From contig OZ024742.1 of assembly GCA_964016885.1 (NCBI GenBank), positions 214,396,001 to 214,460,000 of the forward strand: a stretch of DNA of 64,000 bases, read 5' to 3'. The notes beneath the pieces are model-generated. The model saw nothing but the letters and a program-made list of their open reading frames with translations, made no database searches and was not told the DNA's origin. Of this stretch, positions 38,777 to 51,432 are shown in pieces; the first letter of the stretch is position 1, and each line of letters begins with the position of its first letter. The position numbers were made by a program, and so were the translations under genes. The stretch comes from Eledone cirrhosa. Taxonomy: Eukaryota.

Positions 38777-38780
<4 letters not shown>
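37838..38780 (+). mobile_element. PLE-like/retrozyme-like element (family F): inverted arm plus tandem pLTR, between (TA)n tracts
   Basis: 37838-38155 is a ~155-bp-arm palindrome; 37998-38243 is repeated directly at 38529-38780 (period ~530 bp); hammerhead just before the second copy. Confidence 0.8.
38443..38525 (+). ncRNA. Type I hammerhead ribozyme (family F), A.C mismatch at the base of helix II
   Basis: acacacg CTGATGA a-cca tggg..cctct tgg-c GAAA tatatc tctttg gatgtg TA cgtctgt; 7-bp stem III with G.U pairs, GUA triplet. Confidence 0.75.
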
Positions 38781-38859
<79 letters not shown>

Positions 38860-39054
38860 AAACCATTATTTATTCTATTTATGAAACCATATTTAAAACT
38901 ATATTTATAAAACCATATTTATTCTATTATACATATTTCAAGGGTACCAACATTTTGGTACGCTATCATCAGATACATTACGAAGTGTGTTTTATAAATT
39001 TTGACATAACCAAGAAAAATATACCTTAACGGTTCAAGTTTTCCTTGGATATAT

Positions 39055-39777
39055 ATATAAAAGAAATAGGATTTCGCTTCAAGTATAGCTTTATACAATA
39101 TGTAAAGAAATTTCGTATTTCGAAAGCCGTCGGGGGAGGGGTGGTGTCTAACGCCCTCTGGTGCTGTCCAGCAGAAGCAAGGGGACAATCGTCTATGCAT
39201 TTCAGTCTTCACTGGCCATCGTCAGTACCATCCCTCCCACTGCTCTGCAACTGCTGGACTTGAAAACAGCCGAGAATATATAGTTTTCTCGTCTGTGTAA
39301 ATGAGGTGATTAATCTCATTTGCATATGAAGCTGCATAAGTTGTCTCAACTTATAATAGAAAAGAAATAAGATTTCGCTTCAAGCATATCTTTATACAAT
39401 ATGTATAGAAATTTCGTATTTCGAAATAAATACGATTTTAGGAAGCCGTAGCTATGCAAACGCCAGGGGGGGGGGGCTAATACCCTCTGGCGTTGTCTAA
39501 AGCTATGCTTAACGCGAAATCCTATTTCTTTTCTATTATAAGTTGAGCCAACTTATGCAGCTTCATATGCAAATGAGATTAATCACCTCATTTACACAGA
39601 CGAGAAAACTATATATTCTCGGCTGTTTTCAAGTCCAGCAGTTGCAGAGCAGTGGGAGGGATGGTCCTGACGATGGCCAGTCAACACGAGAGGGCGTTAG
39701 GCCCCCGGTGTTCGCATAACTACGGCTTTCTAAAATTGCATTTCTTTCGAAATACGAAGTTCAATATAAATCCGTCT

Positions 39778-39816
<39 letters not shown>

Positions 39817-39828
39817 TGGAGACGGATT
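39055..39828. mobile_element. PLE-like element (family G) with ~170-bp inverted repeat and tandem duplication
   Basis: 39211-39378 is the reverse complement of 39514-39681; 39060-39125 is repeated at 39361-39426. Confidence 0.75.
39188..39231 (-). ncRNA. Minimal hammerhead, partly decayed, palindromic stem III (family G)
   Basis: Reverse complement: atggta CTGACGA tggccagtgaagact GAAA tgca TA gacgat; ATGCAT palindrome; truncated + copy at 39661-39681. Confidence 0.65.
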
Positions 39829-40049
39829 TTCTCTAGTAAATGATTTTTCACTTGATTGTTAATTTAGTGTTGGAGATAAGTTGGCTGTGTGCTTCTGGCG
39901 GAAGCGGAACTATTTCAATCTCGTCTCCTACCGTCACGTAAATTTCTGAACCTGTAGCCAATCGGTTGACGGCATTGTGATGAGACGTAGAGATTTCAGT
40001 TGCTAATGTTTTACTGTGTTGACCGTCACATTCACTGTCATAGCTGACA

Positions 40050-40137
40050 TGGATTTGAACTCAGATCGTAAAGGGACGTAACTATACTGGAAAGCATGGC
40101 GTCGGACCCTCTACCGATACTGCCAATCCACCGCCCT
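40050..40137 (-). mobile_element. tRNA-derived SINE, 5' head only
   Basis: Reverse complement gggcggtggattggcagtatcggtagaggg...gagttcaaatcc. Confidence 0.85.
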
Positions 40138-40209
40138 TGTATGAGTATAAATAATATAATATAATATAATATCTTTATTCGTTTGTTTATCAAATCTCTT
40201 TCATCAAGT

Positions 40210-41400
40210 ATTCATCTGTTGTGTGTCTCCTTTTCTTCCTGATCTTAAACATCTACTCCATCTCATCTTGGTTTCTTTTCTTGTTTTATTTTTTCGTGCG
40301 GTTGTTCTGTTTCCTGTCTGCGCAAGCCTTTCCTTACATCATGTTTGTCAAATCTACGAGGGTCTTAGGTGTATCATTTGCTGTTTTGTTGTTTGTGTCA
40401 CCAATTACCACCCAAGTTCGCAGTAAAAGATCAATAAGAGAAAATACTTGTCAGAAATAAAACGTTCACAAATGTTCGATGGAACTTAAGCAACAATAAC
40501 AACAACAACAATAACAACAACAGCAACAACAACATCAACAACAACAAAAACAACAACAGAAACAGCAACAGCAGTAACATGACGGATATCTACAATAACA
40601 ATAACTCAAAACACGTCAGCAACAATAACACAAACGATAGTATCAATAACAACAACAGCAACAAGAACAACAAAGGGTGACAGAAAGAAACACCCGAACA
40701 CCAACACAGAAAGGAATAACGATAACAACAGAACAAACTGGGATGAAGGAACTGGTAAGGTATGAGAGGAAAGTGTTAGAAACATGAAATGTATTGTCAC
40801 AAACAGACACCACACTCACGGAGTCAAGATAGTATCGTCCACACGACGGCTCTGGCATAAGATCGACAAAATGCTGCTAATCCTTTCTCCACCATTAGCA
40901 ACAGTAATAAGATGTGTACACGATAAGAAGAACCACACAAACAATAAAAATCCACACACAGATAACTAACACCGCCACCAGCGACAACACCGACAGTAAC
41001 AATAAGAATAATATCAATAGCAACGTCAACAACTGCAACAAGAATAATAGTTATAAAATTACCAACAACAATAGAAGTTAGTTGTATTGAAAACAATACA
41101 ACTAACATAAAGGACGTACACACAAATAGAAACCCTATCAACGACATGTTTTTCAATCAGACTGAATATATATACAGTATGTATCGCATTTACCCCCACA
41201 CATTTACCATTTAATAAGAGGATTTGTATTCCTTTAAAAACAGACGACCAAACAGAAGTACAATACAACATACCTAGGACAAAACAACTCCGATATATTC
41301 TAGAATACACTATGAGACAGAATCTGGCGGGGGCACAACAACTCGGTAATATATCCACAGAGGGCCTACATAATCTCACACAATGCGCGAGGAATAGATA
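40210..41400 (+). mobile_element. Possible decayed L1/Tx1-like ORF1 region
   Basis: Same order of compositional blocks (TC-rich, (AAC/AGC)n, ACA-rich Thr/Pro linker) as ORF1 at 52979-54844; no clean motif left. Confidence 0.3.
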
Positions 41401-41566
41401 AATCATGTTTCCCTACACACACACATATATACGCACGCACACATATATTTATATATATAATTACATACCGTAATAGGGTGAAAGCAACGATCCTTTGCGT
41501 AAACTTTAATCTAAACTTATAATATATATATAAACATTGCATACGCATATTAATTAAATATACTGC

Positions 41567-41721
<155 letters not shown>

Positions 41722-42088
41722 TTAGTAATATTAGTAATGCTTGAAGAACTAATAGTGGAGCGGCGAGGAAACCACCGTTTGGATTTAGATAGGGGTCTGA
41801 AATTAGTTTAAGTTAAAGAAAATATAGAAAATTGCTGACCTAAATCCAGACTTTTACTTTACATTTATTTTAAAATTATGGAAAATATTAATTTAGATTG
41901 CATATCTTTCCGGAAGTAATGTGAATTGAATCTATTTCCGGCAATGAAGGAAAACGTTTAACATCAATTCACAATTTTGATTTTTAAATCTCATGGATAT
42001 TTCAGGTGTATATAGATATTATAACGATTCAAATTTTCATTAACTTTGCAAGACAAACGGATTTTCTATATTTACCTGTCATTATATA

Positions 42089-42482
42089 GGGCGGTGAATT
42101 GGCAGTATCGGTAGAGGGTTGGACGCCATGCTTCCTAGCATAGTTACGCCCCTTTACGGTCTGAGTTCAAATCCCGTCGAGGTTAACTTTGCCTTTCATC
42201 CTTATGGGGTTGATAAAATAAAGTACCAGTAATGTACTGGTTAATTGCTAGCCTTGTGCCAAAAGTAGAAACAAATATATTTTAACTTATACGGGGTGGA
42301 TTGGCAGTATCTGTAGAGGGTTGGACGCCATGCTTTGCAGCAAATAGTTACGGTCCTTTATGATCTGAGTTCAAATCCCGCCGAGGTTAACCTTGCCTTT
42401 AATCCTTACGGGGTCGATTAAATAAAGTACCAGTAATACACTGAGGTAATTGCTGGCATTGTGCCAAAAGTAGAAGCAATTA
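42089..42482 (+). mobile_element. Two tandem tRNA-derived SINEs (42089-42275, 42292-42482)
   Basis: Two complete A-box/B-box/central/tail units, each followed by tatattt(t)aacttatac. Confidence 0.9.
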
Positions 42483-44699
42483 TATTTAACTTATACTCTC
42501 TAGCATATCGTAGCTACACTTCTTCCTCTATTCATATTGCGTTGCTTGCCTAAATATTTCCTTTCATGTCCATTATATTGTATAGCAATGTATTATTTCC
42601 TACGACGTTGAGGTAATGTTGGAATTATAACATGACACGTGTCACTGACCAACTTATCAGATCCCGTCGAGCAACTATAGTAAGTCTGACATAACATTGA
42701 TGACAATTTTATATCTTACTTTCTCTATTTAAAAGGATACTATACTACAGCAAAGTTTTATATAACCTATTCGCCAATTTTACAACTGTATATAGAAATA
42801 GTAGCGGTGTACGTTTAGAGACACAATCATGTATGTAGAGAGCTAAGTATATTTCTTTTCATAAAAACCGCATGTTCTGGCTGTCCGGAACACTGTTGAA
42901 TTACCTTCTCACTTGCATTGAATAATACAGGTACTTTCGCTTTTATACTATTTTAGAGTTGAAACTAAAAGAAATGTGGGATACAAACCCTGTTTCACTG
43001 TTAGATGCTCACTATCTGCATGATAGTAAATGAAATATGTTTTTTTGTTTTATAGTTGCTGCATTTAGATGGTTGCCGCTAGGATACTCGAGTAAATGCA
43101 TTGTTGTATTTCATTTAAACAACCCACCTGTTACCAATGGTGGCTTCAGTATAATTTGTTGATTTTTCCTTGTCAAAAAGATTATATCTTATCTAAGTAT
43201 TACTCACTTTCTATCCTCTCCAAGTCTATAAAATAAATGAATATGGAGCACTGTGTTTGAATTAATTCTATTAGACATCACTGTAAAAATTCCAATCGCG
43301 TTTCCTTGTTTGAAACAATTATTGATATAAGCAAACAGTACTATAGAGTAGAGGTATGTCTTTGAAAAAAAACTGCCTTCAGACGTTAATTTCGCTGCCG
43401 GAATTATTTAGCACGTGGAAAACGAATTGTATTCTAGGAGAAAGTTATAGAAAAATCGCCATTTCATTTATTGTTACGCGAACATATATTTAAATCTTAA
43501 ATAATACGATAAATTAGTTATTATTTTAATTGTCAATGTGATAATAATTGGGGAGAATAATTGGCAATAATATTAAACTAATTCCAGATATGAACGTATT
43601 TAATTGGCACTTGATAAGATGAAAACGTATGTCAATTCTAACAGATTTAGAATTGTCATTTCAATAACTATATACATAACAGAGCATGACATTCCATCGG
43701 GTGAAATTTCGTTTTCTTCAAAGCCATCCCCGTTCCTATATGATAATTACTGTTATATGCCATACATCTGCACAGTTGTACATCATTAGAGCATATACAT
43801 GAGTGGCAAGCTGGGGAACGACCTTCGGTTATAGAAATTAGCATATTTTATGGCTAATAAGCTGTCATAAACCAATAGCAGCAACCATGATCTGGATACA
43901 GTGACTCGACGTTTAGTATTATTGAATATATACGAAGTTTTACATATATATGTGATGACTTGTGATAACGCAAACAAAGTTCGTCTTCAAATAAATCTTC
44001 CTCCCATCTATGGTTTAAAAAGTTGCAGTCTTCTCTAGCTCTCATCATCCCACAATCAGATAGATCATTGTTATTCCGTTAGATGATGTTGATATTTATG
44101 TCTAGATAACGGGTGAATGTGGAAGGTTTAAAAATTTCGCAAGCTGGCATATAAAAATCTGTACACTGGAAAGGAAAAAGATTACAGAAGTCTCTGTAGC
44201 TATTTGAACGCCGCAACTATCCTTTATTAAATATCATGTAAGTGGTTGACTATTATTATATTCTTTGCGTTGGGAAACACACATATTTAAACTTTAAAAG
44301 TTTGACTGTGTCTCCTAACTAAACTGCCTTGTTCACAATTATAGCTACTAACTAGAGATTTTCTAAATCGATGGAATTGGTGGATAGCGGTTTTTAACGC
44401 AATGGTTGAAACACTCGACTGGCATCCGAGAGACGAAGCGGTAGAATTCCCGCAGGTGCATCTGTCCACTCCATTTCCGATTTTCTCAACTATTACTTAT
44501 AGTTATATTCTGTTATCTTCCTCATTTGCATTGCGACGCATATATTTAAAATAAACACACAAACGAAAGTTACTAGTTTCTGACATCCTATCGTTGGATG
44601 TGTTGAGTCAAAGTAAACTCAGCCTCGTATATCACGGCGCTCACAAAGCAAACTTGTTCAAAATGACATGCCTCTGGCTTTCTGTATAAGCCGCCCGGT

Positions 44700-45650
44700 G
44701 TAAAGAAGCTCATGGATATGTTAGTAATACATGTTTGAACATTTCTGACACTGGAGTATCTAATTTTTTATTGTATATAAGTTTAAAATATATCTGTATT
44801 TGAGGCCTACGGGGAAATTTTGATGTTTGAGAGCTGATAATTTTTTAAAATTTAGGTGGGTGTGTGTGCGAACTATTCTAGTATTCTTGTTTTATTTCTG
44901 GTGTTGTTTAGTGGAGTAGAATATTCTCTCATTAAAGCCAATGTAGTCTAAGGAACTAATAAATGTAGGGGCAGTATTGTCGAAGATGTTCTTATAAGAG
45001 GATTGTTTAGAGACTCTCTTATGTTGGCATGTGTTCCTGTTAATATATATACGCTGCTCATTGGGTTGGTGGTAATACATATACGTATTTGATTAACCTC
45101 GAAATATCATCCCAGAACATAATATTAGTAAGACTGGTGTTCACGGCAATCTTTAACCCTAGGCTATTGTAGGTGTCTATGAGGTGTTGTTCAAATGTTA
45201 TCAAGGTTATGGCTGCTTTTATAGCTCGTTAGGGCCAGACCATTATCCTCATTCACACTTGTATGTGAATTTACTCTATACTAAAATGTGTAACTCCATC
45301 AAATCACAGAAATGTGCGTTAGCAAATGACTCTATGTAAACACTGAATAACACCATGATATATTACATTTCTTTTAGACAGGCTACACTTTGTTAAAATG
45401 AAGTATTTTCTTTGAGTTGAATATAATTTGAAGGTGAATATCATATATTGGAAGGCTCTGTCTAATAAGGACTTCGATATCGAGGTGGAAACATTTCTGG
45501 TATCAATCTGGGTGAATCTGGTTCTGTTATCGGTCTCGAATGTTTTAAATCAATTGACGTCATTTTGGAATGGTTCACTATTGGATGCCATTTTTATCGT
45601 AGTAGTTAATATGAAGGGGTATGTTTACAAACTAGACTTATCGTAGTTCA
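44700..45650 (-). pseudogene. Decayed Penelope-like RT fragment
   Basis: KRVSKQSSYKNIFDNTAPTFISSLDYIGFNERIFY aligns to KRITGISANKSIFDENAGYYNDALRKAGYKNNIEY (ORF 48167-48889); STSISKSLLDRAFQY aligns to YSSITPNLLNKALYY. Confidence 0.65.
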
Positions 45651-46328
45651 AACACTATTAATACGACTACAGATAGGGTTATAGTGATGTCTGGTTTATG
45701 GTCTTAGCTCAGCATTCTACATTTTCTTATCTATATTGATAGATCTCTAAAACCAACGATCTTATTCACTCCCCACTGATATCAGATATCTACAACCACA
45801 TCGTTTCTCCACACCAAACGCTCCATTATTTCAACTGCCAACAACAATTAGCTCCCTTTATTTTCTCATGGAATATAGTCTATAAAAAAATAGACTATAT
45901 TTAATTATTAAATTACTTCACTTTCCGTACTTTTAAATATCTCTCTATTCCGTATATTTAAGTATCTCTCTTTTTCTGATTCCCTTTCTGTAATTTTTCA
46001 CACACGTATACTTGAAGTAGGAAAACACAACTATCACAAAACGTGTAAAAAATAAAAGATGGTGATATAAGGCCTGTATATGAATGTATGTGTGGGCACA
46101 CATATACACACATTATATGTATGTATATATATATGCACAAACACATGCACACACAAAAACACAGACACACACACACATATATATATATAAAGGTTAAACA
46201 AGGTTCACTGAATAAATCAAAGATTAAAGTTTTACAATAGAATAGAAGCACTCCACAGTAATGGTTTTCCGGAGTTATTAATATTAATTCAAAATATTAA
46301 CAAAAATAGACATTCGTGAGATCAAGTA

Positions 46329-46395
46329 TATTTTATTATACATATTCCAGAGGTACTGAGCTATCTTCAACAGTACGTCCTCATTAGATAAAATA
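46329..46395 (-). ncRNA. Hammerhead-like fold with G5A and A13G core changes (family H, left arm)
   Basis: Exact reverse complement of 51131-51197. Confidence 0.55.
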
Positions 46396-47853
46396 AGATG
46401 ATGCATGACATACCCTGACTAAGTAGATGGTTAAAATTCAGTCATGGCAGTGGATAAGATATGACAAAACTCAATATTTATATACCTTAAGATTGAGACA
46501 TGAAAAGATTACATATATACAGAGGGTGCGTGTGAGAAAGCTTATAAAGATACATAATAATAAACAACTACTAATATAATACAAACTTACATAACTGTTA
46601 GAGATTCAAATAATTTAAATTATTGAAGAAAGAAGAAGTGAAAAACGGAGAAAGGAACAGATGAGGAAAAAGAGAGTGAGTAGAAGTAGAGAAATATCTT
46701 ATGCACGAAAGCAAAAGAAAATTGATTAAGGATAGAGAGACGAGAAGAAAATAATTTTTATAGTATAAAGCATAGGGAGGGAGATTTGTAATGTTGTGGA
46801 TAAATAGCGTATAATTAGATGATGCAAAAATATATATATAAATAAATATATATTTGGGCATAGCTTTGTGAATGAATACTTTCGAATCATTAAATTATCT
46901 AGAAATAATCAATCAATCAAAATATCAAATATATCTGGGTGTAGTTATATGAGGGTTTATTTTCGAATCCTTAACTTAATTAGAAATAGTCTATTAATCA
47001 ATTATATATATCCCAGCGTATCCGGATGACCGTTAAATTTCGAATCTTTATAGCTCAAAATAGTGAATTAATCTAAAGGCATAATATTTCAGGCTATAAA
47101 ATGTATAAGTATTTATATTATAGAATAATATCATATTTAAAGTATTTGCAAACATGAGAAAGAAGAGACTTAATATTTTCTTCATCCCGAAAGTAATGCA
47201 AGTTAAATTATATTAAAAAAGTTAAATTAAAAAATAATCATTATATAATTTAGAAAATAATTAACAATTATAACAATAGAATGTCCTTAATTATCCATGG
47301 CACTTATAAATGTACCTAAACGGATGTTATTAAACTAGATATAAACATTTGTCTAAATACATACAGAGTGTACTGTTTAAAGTTTAAGTCGATAATAATC
47401 AATTATATACATATAATAAATAATAAATACAATTACTGTTAACAATGCTATAATTGAAGTTTTATATCAAGTTAAGTGGAAAAGGTTTGTCGACTAGGAT
47501 CGTGTACGACACATATACCATAAATATATAAATCAAACATCTTGAATCTTAAAACAACATATTCAAAATAAATAAATGAATGGTTTACGATTCCTTATAA
47601 TTGTCAAACATATAAGCTATATACTTTAAAAAAAATACAATAAACCCCGAAAAAAAAAATGTATTTAAACAAACAAATGATATGCATACTCATCAAAAGA
47701 TCATGTTAACAATCTATCTGTTTATATAGAACCCTTAATCCAACATTAATCATATCGTAAATAATTAAAACTTATTACAAGGTTTCATAATCTGTTATAG
47801 TATCGTTTTACGCACTCGGTTGATAATAAACGTCAAAATTAAAACTTATTTAT

Positions 47854-49407
47854 TCAATGTTTTTTCCTGACTTTTTGTGAGGCTTGGAATGCAGAAGAAG
47901 CTTTATGTAAGCAATTTGAAAATAATTCACTTTTTTTGTTAATTAAATTATCACAATTAGTAATTATTAACAGGGTCTCCATAGTACAAAGATTGCAGTT
48001 AGGTGATATTGAAGAATTCAAGTATATTTGACCATTACACAGTTTTGACCAAGAAATCGAGTATTTTAAATTTTTGTCTTTTAATGACCATATAAGTTGT
48101 GATAAAGTGGTCGAAAGTTTCCTATTAGGATTCGAAAAAGAATATTTGTGATTCGAAAATCTTAATTTAAATGTCGAGGAATTTGCACCAGTATGTGATG
48201 TTATTTGCTTTATAGACCAGATTGCTATCCAGACAATTATTTTGCAGAGGGCAATCTGGTCTATTTCTACAATTACATTTCGATTTATTGTTATTACTAT
48301 ACGTTGAACAATTGACATTAACATTGCTAGTACTTGGAAGCGTTCTATTGATAGTGCTTAGGTTAATGTTATTGTTATTCCTAGTATTAATATTGCTAGT
48401 GTTATTATATTCATTATCCCTAATTGTTTGTTGGTTATGATTTAAAATTCTACTATTTATTTTTGCAATGTTCTGGGCCATATTCATAGTTATAGAATAA
48501 GAAAGCTTAATTGTGTGTCTGTTAAATATCGAACGGTATTTATGTTTTATGGGGAAGTATTTATCTAAAGCTTTAAAGAATAGATTTGCGAGTGGTGTTT
48601 TGATTGCTACAGATGCGGGAGGAGCAAACCATATAACTGATTTAGTTCTGATTTTTTTCCCCGATTTATTAACCGTATTATAATTTTTAGAATCTAGTTT
48701 ATTTATGTTAGTCTTATTTTTATCCGGATTATAATTCAAATTATTATTATCTATATATTCAATATTATTTTTATAACCTGCCTTACGTAGCGCGTCATTA
48801 TAATATCCTGCATTTTCATCAAATATGGATTTATTAGCGGATATTCCAGTTATGCGTTTCTGTACACTATTGACTATAGCATTTTTCACGGATTTAGGGT
48901 GATTAGAGTAATAGCTAACGTAATTTAAATTTTCATTTGAGCTTATGGAAAGGGTAATAACATGCTGAGTTTAAGTTAAGGGTGACGTCAAGGAAATTAA
49001 CTATTTTGGTACTACTTTCAACTTCTAATTTAAGGTTGTAATTTTTAAAGAATTCAATTATAGTTTTCTTAACCCTATTTAGTTCTGTATTGCTATGCTT
49101 GACAACCGTAAATAAAATATCGTCCCCATATAAACCACCGGTAATCTCCGGCAGTTTTCTATTTACCATATTTAAGATAAACATACCCAGAAGATCGGTA
49201 ACCTGCGCAGAGTTCGGTGATCCCATGGTAATGTCAAAGTTTCTATTCCTATCTGAACGGGTCCAATATTCATTGTTAAAATTAATTAGATTTCTTCTAG
49301 CATTTAATATGATATTGATTTCATCTGCAGTTAGATCTTTATGTTTGTAAGCATAATACAAAGCCTTATTTAATAGGTTAGGTGTAATAGAAGAATAATA
49401 ACTTGCT
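47854..49407 (-). pseudogene. PLE reverse transcriptase + C-terminal GIY-YIG endonuclease, two frameshifts (Naiad-like domain signature)
   Basis: RT: FDITMGS..SAQVTDL.G, LYGDD, VNFLDVTL; EN: CNCR...CPL...CL..NLVYKA, FKLRFSNH..SF, CNLC..E...LINKKSE....C.H; frameshifts near 48940 and 48200. Confidence 0.9.
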
Positions 49408-51130
49408 AAAAAGTGAATTATTCTCAAATTGCTTGCATAAAGCTTCTTCTACATTCCAAGCCTCACAAAAAGTCAGGAAAAAAACATTGAAGTTTTAATT
49501 TTGACGTTTATTATCAACCGAGTGTGTAAAACGATACTATAACAGATTATAAAACCTTGTAATAATTTTTATTTATTTACGATATGTTTAATGTTGGATT
49601 AAGAGTTATATATAAATATATAGACTGTTAACATGATCTTTTGATGATTATGCATATCATTTGATTGTTTAAATACATTTTTTTTTCGGCGTTTATTGTA
49701 TTTTTTAAAAGTATATAGCTTATATGTTTGACAATTATAAGGAATCGTAAACCATTCATTTATTTATTTTGAATATGTTGTTTTAAGATTCAAGATGTTT
49801 GATTTATATATTTATGGTATATGTGTCGTACACGATCCTAGTCGACAAACTTTTTCCACTTAACTTGATATAAAACTTCAATTATAACATTGTTAACAGT
49901 AATTGTATTTATTATTTATTATATGTAGGGCGGTGGATTGGCAGTATCGGTGAAGTTTGATTCGCATATTTATAGTATATATGTATTACATGATCCTAGT
50001 TGAATAATTTTTTTTAATATAATAATTGACGTAACACTTTATTTTTAACACTATTAACAGAAATTATATTTATTATATTATATATAACGGACTATTATCG
50101 TCTTAAACTTTAAACAATCTACTCTTTATATAAATTTAGACAAATGCGTATATCTAGTTTAATAATACCCTTTTTAAGTATACTTATAAGGCCTTTGGAT
50201 ACTTAAGGGCATTCTAATTTTTTATTTTTTATTTTTAAAGTTATAATTGTAATTATTTTCTAAATTATATAATGATTATTCTTTAATATAAAATCTCTTT
50301 AATATAAAATTTGTTTATTATAATTTAATTTGGATTACCTTCGGGATGAAGAAAATATTAAGTCTCTTCTTTCTCATGTTTGAAAATACTTTAAATATGA
50401 TATTATACTATAATATAAATACTTATAAATTCTATAGCCTGAAATATTATGTCTTTAGATTAATTCACTATTTTGAACTAACATAAAGATTCGAAATTTA
50501 ACGGTCATCCGGATACGCTGGTATATATATAATTGACTAATAGACTATTTCTAATTAAGTTAAGGATTCGAAAATAAACCCTCATACACCCAGATATATT
50601 TGATATTTTGATTGATTGATTATTTCTAGATAATTTAATGATTCTAAATTATTCATTCACAAAGCTACCCAAATATATATTTATTTATATATATATTTTT
50701 GCATCATCTAATTATACGCTATTTATCCACGACAATACAAATCTTCCTCCCTATGCTTTATACTATAAAAATGATTTTCTCCTCGCCTCTCTATCCTTAA
50801 TCAATTTTCTTTTGCTTTCGTGCATAAGATATTTCTCTACTTCTACTCACTCTCTTTTTCCTCATCTGTTCCTTTCTCTGTTTTTCACTTCTTCTTTCTT
50901 CAATAATTTAAATTATTTGAATCTCTAACAGTTATGTAAGTTTGTATTATATTAGTAGTTGTTTATTATTATGTATCTTTATAAGCTTTCTCACACGCAC
51001 CCTCTGTATATATGTAATCTTTTCATGTCTCAATCTTAAGGTATATAAATATTGAGTTTTGTCATATCTTATCCACTGCCATGACTGAATTTTAACCATC
51101 TACTTAGTCAGGGTATGTCATGCATCATCT

Positions 51131-51197
51131 TATTTTATCTAATGAGGACGTACTGTTGAAGATAGCTCAGTACCTCTGGAATATGTATAATAAAATA
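51131..51197 (+). ncRNA. Hammerhead-like fold with G5A and A13G core changes (family H, right arm)
   Basis: tattttat CTAATGA gga-c-gtactg[loop]cagtac-c-tct GGAA t atgt a TA ataaaata; 8-bp stem I, 9-bp helix II. Confidence 0.55.
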
Positions 51198-51244
51198 TAC
51201 TTGATCTCACGAATGTCTATATTTTTTTTAATATTTTGAATTAA

Positions 51245-51378
<134 letters not shown>

Positions 51379-51395
51379 CATACATATACATACAC

Positions 51396-51432
<37 letters not shown>

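Larger units (their letters stand above)
46284..51243 (-). mobile_element. Penelope-like retroelement, 5'-truncated with a large inverted 3' copy
   Basis: Arms 46284-47937 and 49407-51243 are reverse complements; RT and GIY-YIG ORF between them; (TA)n at the right flank. Confidence 0.9.

Noticed and set aside
48933-48945. In-frame TGA in the PLE RT as possible selenocysteine
   Set aside because: Homology continues in another frame (HKPNENLNYV..SNHP), so this is a frameshift, not recoding at a Cys position
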